Positions 25,421-34,877 of a stretch of DNA of 64,000 nucleotides are shown one piece after another. The notes beneath the pieces were generated by a model. The model was given only the letters and a program-made list of their open reading frames with translations, made no database searches and was not told where the DNA came from. The translations under genes and the position numbers were made by a program. Position 1 is the stretch's first letter, and the number at the start of each line of letters is the position of its first letter. Origin of the DNA: Candidatus Eiseniibacteriota bacterium (GTDB lineage: Bacteria > Eisenbacteria > RBG-16-71-46); the NCBI GenBank assembly GCA_963717505.1, contig OY970342.1, positions 2,976,001 through 3,040,000 on the forward strand. Reading direction: 5' to 3'.

Positions 25421-26759
25421 GGCCCTGATGGGCCTCGCTCTCAATACGCTCCTGGTGCTGTCGGTCGTGACGGGCCCGTCGGCCGCCGCCCAGACGACCG
25501 CGATGGAGCGGGTCGGACTCGAGCGCACGGGCGAAGGGACCTTCAGTCTCGACGTCTCCGGGGCGGACGTCCGTACCGTCTGCAAGGCGATCAGCGAATT
25601 CAGCGGGCGCAACATCGTCGTGGCCGAGGACGTCAAGGCCTCGGTGAGCGTGAACCTGAAGAATGTCGGCTGGCGCGACGCATTGCGCACCGTGCTGCGC
25701 AGCAGCGGACTCGAATACACCGAAGAAGGCGGGATCCTCCGAGTCGACACCGCCGCCAAGCTGTCGTCCGAAGCGGTGGATCGCGAGACCGCGCGGGCCA
25801 AGCAGCAGGAGCTGGTGCCGCTCGAGACCCGGATCATCAAATTGAACTACGCCAACGCCAAGGAGATGGCGACGGCATTGGCCTCGTCCATCACCCGCCG
25901 CGGTTCGATCATGGTCGAGAACCGGACGAACTCGCTGATCGTGTCGGACCTGGAAGACTACGTCGCACGGATCGAGAAGATGGCCGACGAGCTCGACTCC
26001 ACGACGCCGCAGATCGAGATCACCGCCAAGCTGGTCGACGTCGACGTCGAGGCGCTGCGCGGCATCGGCGTGACCTGGGGCGTCGGCGTCGAATCCGACG
26101 TCTGGGAAGACGCCGCCGGCAATCCGACGGTCTTCCCGCCGCTGAACCCCGGTGACGATGTCGACAACGTGCTCGGCGGCCAGCAGAACACGCCGATCGC
26201 CGACCCGGCGGCGGTGGTCAACTACGGCATCATCAAGTCGTGGGGCGGCCTCGAAGCGCAGATCCAAGTGCTGGAGTCGAACCGCAAGGCCAACATCATC
26301 TCGAATCCGCGGATCACGACGGTCGACAACCGTGAAGCCAAGATCATCGTCGGCCAGAAGATTCCGCTGATCGTCAACGACGTCGCGGGCAACCCGGTGT
26401 CCCAGCTGCAGACCATCGGCATCCAGCTGCTGGTGACCCCGCACCTGACCCAGGACAACAAGATCATCATGGACCTGCACCCCGAGGTCAGCGACCTGTC
26501 GAGCCAGAGCACGGTGCAGGGCGGCGTCATCATCAACACCAGCGAGGCCGACACGCGCGTCATGGTCGACGACGGCCAGACCGCGGTGATCGGCGGCCTG
26601 ATCCGCAGCAACACCGGCAAGGTGCGCAAAGGCGTTCCGATCCTGATGGACGTCCCGCTGATCGGCATGCTGTTCCGGTCCGAGAACGACGTTCGGCAGA
26701 ACCGGGAACTCATCATCTTCGTCACCCCGAGGCTGATCGAACCTTCTGCCTCGAACTGA
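25407..26759 (+). CDS. pilQ: Type IV pilus secretin (short form)
   Basis: SLDVSGADVR N0-like domain, ENRTNSLIV, QIEITAKLV, ISNPRITTVDNREAKI, GVPILMDVPLIGMLFR, ELIIFVTPRLI. Confidence 0.9.
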   Translation: MRTGKALMGLALNTLLVLSVVTGPSAAAQTTAMERVGLERTGEGTFSLDVSGADVRTVCKAISEFSGRNIVVAEDVKASVSVNLKNVGWRDALRTVLRSSGLEYTEEGGILRVDTAAKLSSEAVDRETARAKQQELVPLETRIIKLNYANAKEMATALASSITRRGSIMVENRTNSLIVSDLEDYVARIEKMADELDSTTPQIEITAKLVDVDVEALRGIGVTWGVGVESDVWEDAAGNPTVFPPLNPGDDVDNVLGGQQNTPIADPAAVVNYGIIKSWGGLEAQIQVLESNRKANIISNPRITTVDNREAKIIVGQKIPLIVNDVAGNPVSQLQTIGIQLLVTPHLTQDNKIIMDLHPEVSDLSSQSTVQGGVIINTSEADTRVMVDDGQTAVIGGLIRSNTGKVRKGVPILMDVPLIGMLFRSENDVRQNRELIIFVTPRLIEPSASN

Positions 26760-26782
26760 TCGGGTTCGACGAGTCCACTCCT

Positions 26783-26818
26783 TCGGGCCGCCGGGGTTCC
26801 CCGGCGGCCCGAGCGTTT
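26783..26818 (+). terminator. Strong GC hairpin after pilQ, possible intrinsic terminator
   Basis: TCGGGCCGCCGGG-GTTC-CCCGGCGGCCCGA 13-bp stem followed by only a short T run. Confidence 0.5.
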
Positions 26819-26855
26819 CCCGGCCGATTGCTGCACCTGTGCTAGGCTCGGGCGC

Positions 26856-27392
26856 GTGGCGGAATCCCGATTCGGATCGCGGCCGATTGCGTTCGTGGGC
26901 ATCGCCGGTTCGGGGAAGAGCACCGTGGCGCGCCAGCTCGCGGCCCGACTCGGAGGTCCCTGCGTGAGCCTTGATGCGCGCGTGGCCGAAGCCGCAGGAT
27001 GCTCGATCACGGAACTGTTCGCGCGCGAGGGAGAAAGCGCGTTCCGCGCCCACGAAGCGGACGCCCTGGCCCGGGCGGTCGACGATTCGCCCGCGGTGAT
27101 CGATTGCGGGGGCGGGGTCGTACTCGATCCGCGAAATCGAGCGCTGCTCAAGGAGCGATGCCGGACGGTCTGGCTCGAGGTCTCGCCCGCCGAGGCCCTG
27201 TGTCGAATGGGTTCGCAGGCGGCGTCGCGCCCGCTCCTCGCGGGGGTAACTCCATCGGTCCTGCTGGATCGCCAGCTCCAGGTTCGCGGCCCCCTCTATG
27301 AAGAGGTGGCGACCTGGCGCATCGCCACCGGCAGTCGGGAGGTCGAAGCCGTGGTCGGAGAAATCGTGCAACGCCTCGGGAAATCCGGATGA
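26856..27392 (+). CDS. aroK: Shikimate kinase
   Basis: GIAGSGKST P-loop, FAREGESAFR, CGGGVVL, RPLL, RGPLYEEVA; conserved pilQ-aroK synteny. Confidence 0.88.
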   Translation: MAESRFGSRPIAFVGIAGSGKSTVARQLAARLGGPCVSLDARVAEAAGCSITELFAREGESAFRAHEADALARAVDDSPAVIDCGGGVVLDPRNRALLKERCRTVWLEVSPAEALCRMGSQAASRPLLAGVTPSVLLDRQLQVRGPLYEEVATWRIATGSREVEAVVGEIVQRLGKSG

Positions 27393-28225
27393 CCCGGGAG
27401 ACCTGTAAACGCGGAGCCGCGACTCACCTTGCGATCCTGGCGCTGGCCGTGATCCTGGCGGGGGCTCTGGCCTCGTGCGCGAAAGCGCCGGTGGTCGGCG
27501 AGCTCGACCCATCGAGCCGCCGGCAGCGTTTCGAAATCGCACTCGCGAAACGAGCGCAGGCGGTGGGATTCGAGGCCGACCTGTTGGCCTGGCCGCACGT
27601 CGAGGGCTGGCGCGAGCTGCCCGGCCTCCAGGCTCGCGTGTTGGTCGGCGCTCCGGATGCGGTTCGCATGCGAATCGGCTCGTGGTTCGGAACCGCCGTC
27701 GATCTTTCGGCGCGCGGCGACAGCGTGACCGCCTTACTCCCCGGTCGCCGAGTTGCATTCGTGACCGCTCATGCCCGCGAGTCGCTGGGCGTTGCGATCC
27801 CCGGAGATCTCGGCTATCGAGTCCTGAGCGGTGTCTGGACGCCGCCCGCGAACGCCTGGGCGGACTCGGCTTCCCTCGACTCGCTGCTCGTGATTTCGTG
27901 GAGAGATTCAGGGGAAGATTTGGACGCCGATCTGCGTATGGCGGTCGGGACTTCGGGACTTCCGGCATGGGTCGAGCTTTCAACGGCCGACGACACGTTG
28001 CAGGTCAACTACGCCGCCTGGCGGGCGTGGGCCGGAGTCTGGTGCCCGGCGCGTCTCGAGGTCCGGGAGCGGTCGGGAACGTTCGACGTCCGTTTCCGGC
28101 TCGATGGCATTCGGTTCCGCGATGGGATCGGGCGGACCCAGTTCACGGTGCCGATCCCCGAAGGCACCGAGCGGTTCGACGCGGAGGATTTGCGGGAAGC
28201 GTTCGCGGAAGGAGGGGGTTCGTGA
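27389..28225 (+). CDS. Lipoprotein of unknown function (possibly LolB/DUF4292-like fold)
   Basis: Lipobox GALAS-C after a hydrophobic helix; beta-rich body ending FTVPIPEG. Confidence 0.6.
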   Translation: MTRETCKRGAATHLAILALAVILAGALASCAKAPVVGELDPSSRRQRFEIALAKRAQAVGFEADLLAWPHVEGWRELPGLQARVLVGAPDAVRMRIGSWFGTAVDLSARGDSVTALLPGRRVAFVTAHARESLGVAIPGDLGYRVLSGVWTPPANAWADSASLDSLLVISWRDSGEDLDADLRMAVGTSGLPAWVELSTADDTLQVNYAAWRAWAGVWCPARLEVRERSGTFDVRFRLDGIRFRDGIGRTQFTVPIPEGTERFDAEDLREAFAEGGGS

Positions 28226-28845
28226 ACGGAGCCCGCTGGGTCCTGGTCGTCGCCGCGATACTCGGTGTGGCGGGACTTCGCGAGGCGTCGGCTGCGGATG
28301 ACGTCATGGGAACTCTCGGCCGGCGTCTGGCGGCGAGCGGACGGGGAGAGGTCTCGTTCGAGCGCACCGCTCCCGATCCGTTTGGTGGCGCGCCGACCCG
28401 GATTGCGGGCCGGCTGGCGCTCGAGCCCCCGGACCAGGCCGAACTCCGGTTTCCGGCGACCGGAGAACGGCTGACCTTGCGCGCCGACGGCGGCGAGTGG
28501 CTCCAACCCGGACTGGAGCAGCTGGTTCGTTTCGAACGACATCATGCGAGCTCGGCGCTGCGCTGGTGGCAGGCGGTGCTCGGCGCTCGTGCCGACGACC
28601 TGGTGCGCCGCTCGGTCGGCAATCGTGAATGGCTCCTGATCGCTCCCGCCGCCAAGGGTATTCCGGCCGACAGCGTTCGCGTTCGGTTCTCGGCCCAGGG
28701 GCTGCCCGAGCGACTCGAAGTCCACGAAGGCTCCGACACGCCGTCGGTCTATGCGTTCGGGGCCTGGAAATTCAGCCGTGCGCGCGGTGCGAGTGCGTTC
28801 GTCGTCGAGGCTCCCAAGGGGTTCGCGGTCGTTCCCGCGCCGTGA
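28222..28845 (+). CDS. LolA-like periplasmic lipoprotein carrier (divergent)
   Basis: Signal peptide, GRLALEPPDQAELRF, LRADGGEWLQPGLEQLV, C-terminal FVVEAPKGFAVV resemble LolA. Confidence 0.55.
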   Translation: MNGARWVLVVAAILGVAGLREASAADDVMGTLGRRLAASGRGEVSFERTAPDPFGGAPTRIAGRLALEPPDQAELRFPATGERLTLRADGGEWLQPGLEQLVRFERHHASSALRWWQAVLGARADDLVRRSVGNREWLLIAPAAKGIPADSVRVRFSAQGLPERLEVHEGSDTPSVYAFGAWKFSRARGASAFVVEAPKGFAVVPAP

Positions 28846-28879
28846 CGCTCGGGTGCCGCCGAACTTCCCGCGGCCGATC

Positions 28880-28908
28880 TTGACACGTCATGGGGCGTCG
28901 ATGAGACT
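28880..28908 (+). promoter_or_regulatory. Candidate sigma70 promoter for the rsmD-coaD operon
   Basis: TTGACA (28880-28885), 17 nt, GAGACT (28903-28908). Confidence 0.45.
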
Positions 28909-28920
28909 CGCCGGCTTGTC

Positions 28921-29496
28921 GTGCGCGTGATTGCTGGAACGCTGGGAGGCCGCCGGCTCAAGGCCCCGAGAGGCGCGGACACCCGGCCGACGTCGGACCG
29001 CGTCCGCGAGGCGCTGTTCATGAGCCTCGAACCGCTCGCCGGACTTCGAGTGGTGGACTTGTTCGCCGGCTCGGGCGCCCTCGGGATCGAAGCGTTGTCC
29101 CGGGGAGCCGAGCACGTCGACTTCGTGGAACGGCGACGTCCGGCTCTGGTGGTCCTGCGCGACAATCTGGCGGCGCTGCGCGTCGAGGATCGATCCGGCG
29201 TCTGGGCACTCGATCTGCCGCGGGGGCTCGGCCAACTGGCTGCGGTCCTGGCGGCGGCGGACCTGGTCCTGGCGGATCCGCCTTACGGCGACGATCTGGG
29301 GCGCAGGTGTCTGGCGGCGCTCGGGGCTCCCGGGGTGCTGCCGGATGCGGCGCGAGTCGTGATCGAGCATCACGCCAAGGATTCGCTCCCCGAGACCGCG
29401 GGGGCGCTGCGGCAGGTGCGCGCGCGACGTTATGGCGAGACGCAGGTCACGTTGTATGCATGCGAGCGAAAGGACGGAGGTCCCGATGCCGAGTGA
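28921..29496 (+). CDS. rsmD: 16S rRNA m2G966 methyltransferase
   Basis: MRVIAG, TRPTSDRVREALF, DLFAGSGALGIEALSRGA, DPPY, RRYGET. Confidence 0.93.
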   Translation: MRVIAGTLGGRRLKAPRGADTRPTSDRVREALFMSLEPLAGLRVVDLFAGSGALGIEALSRGAEHVDFVERRRPALVVLRDNLAALRVEDRSGVWALDLPRGLGQLAAVLAAADLVLADPPYGDDLGRRCLAALGAPGVLPDAARVVIEHHAKDSLPETAGALRQVRARRYGETQVTLYACERKDGGPDAE

Positions 29497-29998
29497 GCGC
29501 GTTGCCTTGTTTCCGGGAACGTTCGACCCCTTCACCAACGGCCACTTCGATCTCACCCGCCGCGCCGCGCGCCTGTTCGATCGGGTGATCATCGCGGTCG
29601 CGCACAACCCGGGCAAGGGAACGCTGTTCACTCCCGAGGAACGGGTCGAGATGATCCAGGTGGCGACGCGCAAGATGCGCCGGGTCGGCGTGGTGGCCTT
29701 CGACGGACTGGTCGTCGAGTGCGCGCGCAAACAGGGCGCCCAGGTGATGATTCGTGGCCTGCGCGCGGTCAGTGATTTCGAGTTCGAATTCCAAATGGCA
29801 CTGATGAACCGGCGCCTGGCGTCCTCGGTCGAAGTGGCGTTCCTGATGCCGAGCCAGCAGTACACGTACCTGAACTCGACGCTGGTCAAGGAAGTGGCGC
29901 GTCTCGGCGGCGTGGTCCGTGGGCTGGTGCCGCGCATCGTCGACGAGCGGCTGCGCGCCAAACTGGGCGGCCGCAAGGCCCCGCGTCGCCGGCGTTGA
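29486..29998 (+). CDS. coaD: Phosphopantetheine adenylyltransferase
   Basis: FPGTFDPFTNGH, RGLRAVSDFEFEFQMALMNR; SD GGAGG. Confidence 0.95.
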   Translation: MPSERVALFPGTFDPFTNGHFDLTRRAARLFDRVIIAVAHNPGKGTLFTPEERVEMIQVATRKMRRVGVVAFDGLVVECARKQGAQVMIRGLRAVSDFEFEFQMALMNRRLASSVEVAFLMPSQQYTYLNSTLVKEVARLGGVVRGLVPRIVDERLRAKLGGRKAPRRRR

Positions 29999-31017
29999 GC
30001 GCGATCCTCGACCGGATTCGGCGACAGGCGCAGGCGCGGCCGCAGCGGCTGCTGCTGCCGGAGAGCGAGGATCCGAGGATCCTGCGCGCGGCGGAACGTC
30101 TGGTGCGCGAGCGGGTCGCCTCGGTGGGTCTGGTCGGCGCCCGCGAGGCGACCCGGAACCACGCGCGGCAGGCGGGCGTGGGTTTGTCGGGGATCGAGCT
30201 GGTCGACGCGACTGATCCGGCACTAATCGAGCTGACGTCACGGGCTCTGGCCACGCGGCGCGGGGACCGTCTGTCGGCGGCCGATCGCGAGGGCCTCGCG
30301 CGCGATCCGCTGTTCCAGGCCGCGGCCCGGGTCGCGGCCGGGCAGGCCGACGCCTTCGTCTGCGGCGCGGTGCGCACCACGGCCGACGTGTTGCGCGCGT
30401 CCCTGTGGTTGGTCGGCCTCGCCCCCGGGGGGCGCACGCTGAGCTCGTTCTTCCTCATGGTGCTCGGCGAGGCGCCACGGCCCGAGCGCGTGCTGGTGTT
30501 CGCCGACTGTGGAGTGGTTCCGGACCCGACCCCGGCGCAGCTCGCCGAAATCGCCGGACTCGCGGCCGATCACTTCGCGATCTTGACCGGCGAGATCCCG
30601 CACGTCGCGCTGCTGTCGTTCTCGACGCGCGGGAGTGCTCAGCACCCGCGGGTCGATCGAGTGCGCGAGGCGGTGGCCCTGGCGCGCGCGGCACGCCCCG
30701 ACCTGCACCTCGACGGCGAGCTTCAGGTCGATGCCGCGCTCGACCCGGAGGTCGGCCGCCGCAAGGCCTTAGGCAGCGTGGTGGCCGGGCACGCGAACGT
30801 CCTCATCTTTCCCGATCTCGATTCCGGCAACATCGGTTACAAACTGGTCCAGCGCCTGGGAGGGGCTCGCGCCTACGGGCCGATCCTCATGGGCCTCGCA
30901 CGCCCGGCAAACGACTTGTCTCGCGGCTGCAGCGCCGAGGACGTGGTCGGGGTCGCGACCATTGCGTGCGCGCTGGGCGCGCGATCGGCGGCGCCGCGGC
31001 CGGCGTCCGCATCCTAA
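29995..31017 (+). CDS. pta: Phosphate acetyltransferase
   Basis: LPESEDPRIL, FADCGVVPDP, LLSFSTRGS, DGELQVDAAL, IFPDLDSGNIGYKLVQR, NDLSRGCS. Confidence 0.92.
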   Translation: MSAILDRIRRQAQARPQRLLLPESEDPRILRAAERLVRERVASVGLVGAREATRNHARQAGVGLSGIELVDATDPALIELTSRALATRRGDRLSAADREGLARDPLFQAAARVAAGQADAFVCGAVRTTADVLRASLWLVGLAPGGRTLSSFFLMVLGEAPRPERVLVFADCGVVPDPTPAQLAEIAGLAADHFAILTGEIPHVALLSFSTRGSAQHPRVDRVREAVALARAARPDLHLDGELQVDAALDPEVGRRKALGSVVAGHANVLIFPDLDSGNIGYKLVQRLGGARAYGPILMGLARPANDLSRGCSAEDVVGVATIACALGARSAAPRPASAS

Positions 31018-31030
31018 ACCGAGGAGTTCC

Positions 31031-31342
31031 ATGCCGACCTACACCTATGAATGCTCCGCGGGCCACCGGTTCGAGGAGTTCCATTCCATGACCGACGAGC
31101 GGGTGCGGCGCTGCCCCAAGTGCCGGCGCAAGGCTCGGCGCGTGCCATCAGGCGGCACCGGCCTGCTGTTCAAGGGGTCGGGCTTCTACATTACCGACTA
31201 CCGCAGCAAGTCCTACCGCGAGCGTGCGCAGAAGGAGTCCGGCGGCAAGGAATCGGGCGCCAAGGAGAAGCCCCAGGAGAAACCCAAGAAGGATGGCGGC
31301 TCCGGAGGTGGTGGATCGACGTCGTCCGGTTCCAAGGAATGA
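31031..31342 (+). CDS. FmdB-family zinc-ribbon protein
   Basis: MPTYTYEC..GHRFE, CPKC, FKGSGFYITDY, low-complexity tail; SD GAGGAG. Confidence 0.9.
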   Translation: MPTYTYECSAGHRFEEFHSMTDERVRRCPKCRRKARRVPSGGTGLLFKGSGFYITDYRSKSYRERAQKESGGKESGAKEKPQEKPKKDGGSGGGGSTSSGSKE

Positions 31343-33195
31343 ATTCCGGGTCGCGCACGTCGCTGGTCGAATCGGTCCTCGAAGCCCACGGTGCCCGGGA
31401 CGACGGCGCCTGGGAGCTGCACCCCGATCACGTCGTGCTCGACGAGGAAGCGGGGGCGTTCGCGACCTGGGTGTTCGCCGACGAGTTGCGGCGACCGGTG
31501 GACGGAGTGCTCGGGCTGGTCGTGGCTGACGGGCGCGGACCCGCAGACGCCGGATTGGCCGGCATCGGAGCCCGGGTCCTCGAGCAACGTTCCCGGCGTG
31601 CGGGCTTTCACTTCACACCGCGCGGAGTCGGTCGCTGCGATCATGTCTACCTCGATCGCCTGGCGGCGCCGGGCCGTCTCGCTCTGGCCGCGGGCGCTGG
31701 GGCATCGGTCGCCGGAGCGGTCGGGAGCCTGTCGCTCGGCGTGAGCGCGCTCGAAGCGGTGGCGGCGGCGGCGGGCGCTCCGGTCGCGGTGGCGGTGCCG
31801 GCGGTGGTCGGCATCGAGCTTCACGGCGCGCTGGGAACCGGCGTCAGCGGCCATGACCTGATCGTCGAAATCGCGCATCGGGGCGTCGATCGAATTCCAG
31901 GCGGGGGAATCCTGGAATTCTCGGGTCCCGGGCTCTCGCGCCTGTCGATGCACGATCGCCTGACCGCGGCGATGAGCGTCGAGGGCGCCGGCGCGAGTGC
32001 GGCGCTCATGCCGGTCGACGACCTGGCGCGGGCGTGGTATGCGGCACACGGCCGAGAGACGGATTGGAAACGATTCGGCGACGATTCCGTCACGGAAGAA
32101 CCGTTCGAGACGATCCAGCTCGAGTCGATCGAGCCCTGGTGCTATCGCTCGGGCGATCCGAGTGAGCGTCGTCGAGTGCGTCATGCCCACGGTTCCCGTG
32201 TCGAGGCCGTGGTCATCGGCCCGGGCGCGGGCGAGGCCGATCTCGACTGGATGATCGCCGCCCTGGCCGAGCGAGCGATCGCGAGCGACACGCGTTGCTT
32301 CCTGGTGCCGGGCAGTCGGCGTGTGCTCGACGCCGCGCGCCGGGACCCGGCGCGACGCATCCTCAATGCCGCCGGCGTTCGGCTGGCCTCGAGCCCGGCG
32401 CTTCCCGGGGGCCGGAGTTCGTACCGTGGTCGGATTCTCTACTTCGGGGTTCCGGTCGCGGACCGTCTGCCCTTCGGAGACGTGGCCAGCCTGCAAACCT
32501 GCATCGCCTCGGCCGCGGCCGGCCAGCTGGTCGATCCGCGCGAGATGGCGCCGGTGGAAGTGTCGCCGACCACCGCGCCTGCGAATGGGCGCTCGAGCGT
32601 GCTGCCGCCCGAACCGTGGTCGGGGACCGGCGCTCTGCTGCGGCCGGTTCAGCCGCCGCGCCGGCTGATGGTCGCGGCGCGCTTCGGCGACGATCTGACC
32701 ACGAACGACGTCGTCGCCTGGGGACCTCGGGCGCTGTTGCTCGACCCCGGCGCGTTGGCGCAGCGGGCGCTGGCCGGTCGTGACGCCGGGCTCGCGGCGC
32801 GCATGGCGGGCGCCGGCGGCAGTTGTATCGTCGCACGTCGCGAAGCGCTCGCCGGTCCGCGCTGCGAGATCGCGGCCTGGGTCCTGGCTCGGGCCGGCGT
32901 GCGCGTGGTCGCCGCGCAGTCGTTTGCCGCGGGTGCTTCTCGCCACTTGGCCGCCGCCGGAGTCCTGGCGCTCGAGTGGCCGCGCGACGGTCGCTGCCAG
33001 CTCGAGCCCGGCGACGAGATCGAGTTGGCCGGCGGTCCCGAGACCCGGGCGGGAGGCGCGTTCGTCACGGTTCGCAATCTGGCGCGCGGCTCCCAGGAGT
33101 TGCATCGTCACGACCTGGATGCCCGCTGGGCGGCGGTGCTCCGGGCCGGCGGACTGATTCGCCACGTGAGCACCGTGGAGCTGGCGTCCAAGTGA
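31339..33195 (+). CDS. Aconitase-family protein lacking catalytic and Fe-S residues
   Basis: Collinear with short Aquifex-type aconitases (VVGIELHG, VSGHDLI, LEFSGPG, GRETDW, VPGSRRV, GDDLTTND, VAAQSFA) but GSCTN and CGPC are absent; intact 618-aa ORF. Confidence 0.75.
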   Translation: MNSGSRTSLVESVLEAHGARDDGAWELHPDHVVLDEEAGAFATWVFADELRRPVDGVLGLVVADGRGPADAGLAGIGARVLEQRSRRAGFHFTPRGVGRCDHVYLDRLAAPGRLALAAGAGASVAGAVGSLSLGVSALEAVAAAAGAPVAVAVPAVVGIELHGALGTGVSGHDLIVEIAHRGVDRIPGGGILEFSGPGLSRLSMHDRLTAAMSVEGAGASAALMPVDDLARAWYAAHGRETDWKRFGDDSVTEEPFETIQLESIEPWCYRSGDPSERRRVRHAHGSRVEAVVIGPGAGEADLDWMIAALAERAIASDTRCFLVPGSRRVLDAARRDPARRILNAAGVRLASSPALPGGRSSYRGRILYFGVPVADRLPFGDVASLQTCIASAAAGQLVDPREMAPVEVSPTTAPANGRSSVLPPEPWSGTGALLRPVQPPRRLMVAARFGDDLTTNDVVAWGPRALLLDPGALAQRALAGRDAGLAARMAGAGGSCIVARREALAGPRCEIAAWVLARAGVRVVAAQSFAAGASRHLAAAGVLALEWPRDGRCQLEPGDEIELAGGPETRAGGAFVTVRNLARGSQELHRHDLDARWAAVLRAGGLIRHVSTVELASK

Positions 33196-33223
33196 TCATC
33201 GCGCGTCGAAACGAGGTCCAATA

Positions 33224-34228
33224 GTGTTCGTCGACCAGGCACGGATCGTGGTACACGCCGGGCGCGGCGGGGCCGGCAGCATCAGCTTCCGCCGCGAGAA
33301 GTACGTGCCCAAGGGTGGCCCCGATGGCGGGGACGGAGGCAAGGGCGGCTCGGTGTGGATCGAGTCCGATCCGCACGTTCGAACGCTGCTCGATTGCCGG
33401 CTCAAGCACGAGTACCGCGCCGAAAACGGCGCGCCCGGCTCGGGCAATCAGCGCACCGGGGCCGATGGCGAGGATCTGATCGTGCGACTGCCGCCTGGCA
33501 CCGTGGTGCGCGACGCGGAAACCGGGGAGCCAATCGTCGACCTGGTCGCGGCCGGCGATCGAATGCAGGTGGTGCGCGGCGGCCGCGGCGGCCGAGGCAA
33601 CGCCCGCTTCGCCACGGCCACGAACCAGGCCCCGCGCCGCGCCGATCCCGGTGAGACCGGAACCTCACGCGCGCTCGAGCTCGAGCTCAAGCTGATCGCC
33701 GACGTTGGATTCGTCGGCCTGCCCAACGCCGGCAAGTCCACGCTGCTGTCCCGCGTCACCCGGGCGCGGCCCAAGATCGCGCCCTATCCGTTCACCACAC
33801 TCGAGCCCAACCTGGGCATCGTCGTGCTCGACGTGGAACGGCAGTTCGTGGCCTGCGACGTTCCCGGCCTGATCGCCGATGCGCATGCCGGCCGCGGCCT
33901 CGGCCTCAAGTTCCTCAAGCACCTCGATCGGTGTCGCGTCCTGGTCGTGCTGGCGGATGCCAGCGGCGAGACGCCGCGCGCCGACGTCGACGTGGTCCTG
34001 CACGAACTGACCGAGTATGATCCGGCGCTCGCGGCGCGCGCGCGACGGATCGTGCTGACCAAGGCCGACTTGCTGGCGCCCGAGCTGCATGCCGGAGCGT
34101 CGGCGCGCGTCGGGCTGCCCGCGGCGCGCCTGATCAGCGCGCATTCCGGCGAAGGAATCGAAGAGCTGCTCGAGGAGCTGTGGGCCGATCTCGCTCGCGA
34201 GCCGGCGGAGGCGGATCATGACCGATGA
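33224..34228 (+). CDS. obgE: GTPase ObgE/CgtA
   Basis: FRREKYVPKGGPDGGDGG, GLPNAGKST, YPFTTLEPNLG, DVPGLI, TKAD, ISA. Confidence 0.95.
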   Translation: MFVDQARIVVHAGRGGAGSISFRREKYVPKGGPDGGDGGKGGSVWIESDPHVRTLLDCRLKHEYRAENGAPGSGNQRTGADGEDLIVRLPPGTVVRDAETGEPIVDLVAAGDRMQVVRGGRGGRGNARFATATNQAPRRADPGETGTSRALELELKLIADVGFVGLPNAGKSTLLSRVTRARPKIAPYPFTTLEPNLGIVVLDVERQFVACDVPGLIADAHAGRGLGLKFLKHLDRCRVLVVLADASGETPRADVDVVLHELTEYDPALAARARRIVLTKADLLAPELHAGASARVGLPAARLISAHSGEGIEELLEELWADLAREPAEADHDR

Positions 34229-34877
34229 TCGCAACGGGCCGCGGGACGCAGATGCGCTGTCGTCGCGCTCCCTGAACCAGAAGCGCGAATATGTCCGCGA
34301 CCTGGCCCGCCGCGACGACGAGCAGGCGCTGGCCTCGCTCACCGAATGCCTGTGCGACGAGTCGGCGTACCTGCGCGACCTGGCCGAAGCCGAGTTTCCG
34401 AAACTCGGCGATCGCGGCGCGCGCGCAGTGTTGCCGTTGCTCGACAGTGGATTGTGGTTCACGCGCACCAGTGCCGCCCGGATTCTCGGTCGGCTCAGCC
34501 ATCGCCCGGCAGTCCCCGGCCTGCTCAGGTTGTTCGACGACGCCAACAGTCTGGTCGCCGAGGTGGCACGCGACTCGCTGATCGCGATCGGCCGCCAGGG
34601 TGGCGCGGCTCGGCTCGCGCACGCGCTCCATCGTCTGGCTCCCGAGGTGCGGCGGCTCCGCCTGGAATCCCTGCGTGCGGCGGATCGTGGGCTGAACGAT
34701 CGGCTGCAACGACTGATGCGCAGCGAAGAGCTGATGAACGTGGCCGACATCGACGCGCTGGCCGACGACAGTCCGTCGGTCCGGGCCACCGAAGAAGGCG
34801 TCGAGTGGGAACTTCTGACCGGCCCGATCCCACCCGCCAAGCCCGACGGTGAAGTCCGCGGTGGGGAACGCGGCTGA
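34218..34877 (+). CDS. HEAT-repeat protein
   Basis: LCDESAYLR, LLDSGLWFTRTSAARILGRL, LFDDANSLVAEVARDSL repeats. Confidence 0.75.
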   Translation: MTDDRNGPRDADALSSRSLNQKREYVRDLARRDDEQALASLTECLCDESAYLRDLAEAEFPKLGDRGARAVLPLLDSGLWFTRTSAARILGRLSHRPAVPGLLRLFDDANSLVAEVARDSLIAIGRQGGAARLAHALHRLAPEVRRLRLESLRAADRGLNDRLQRLMRSEELMNVADIDALADDSPSVRATEEGVEWELLTGPIPPAKPDGEVRGGERG

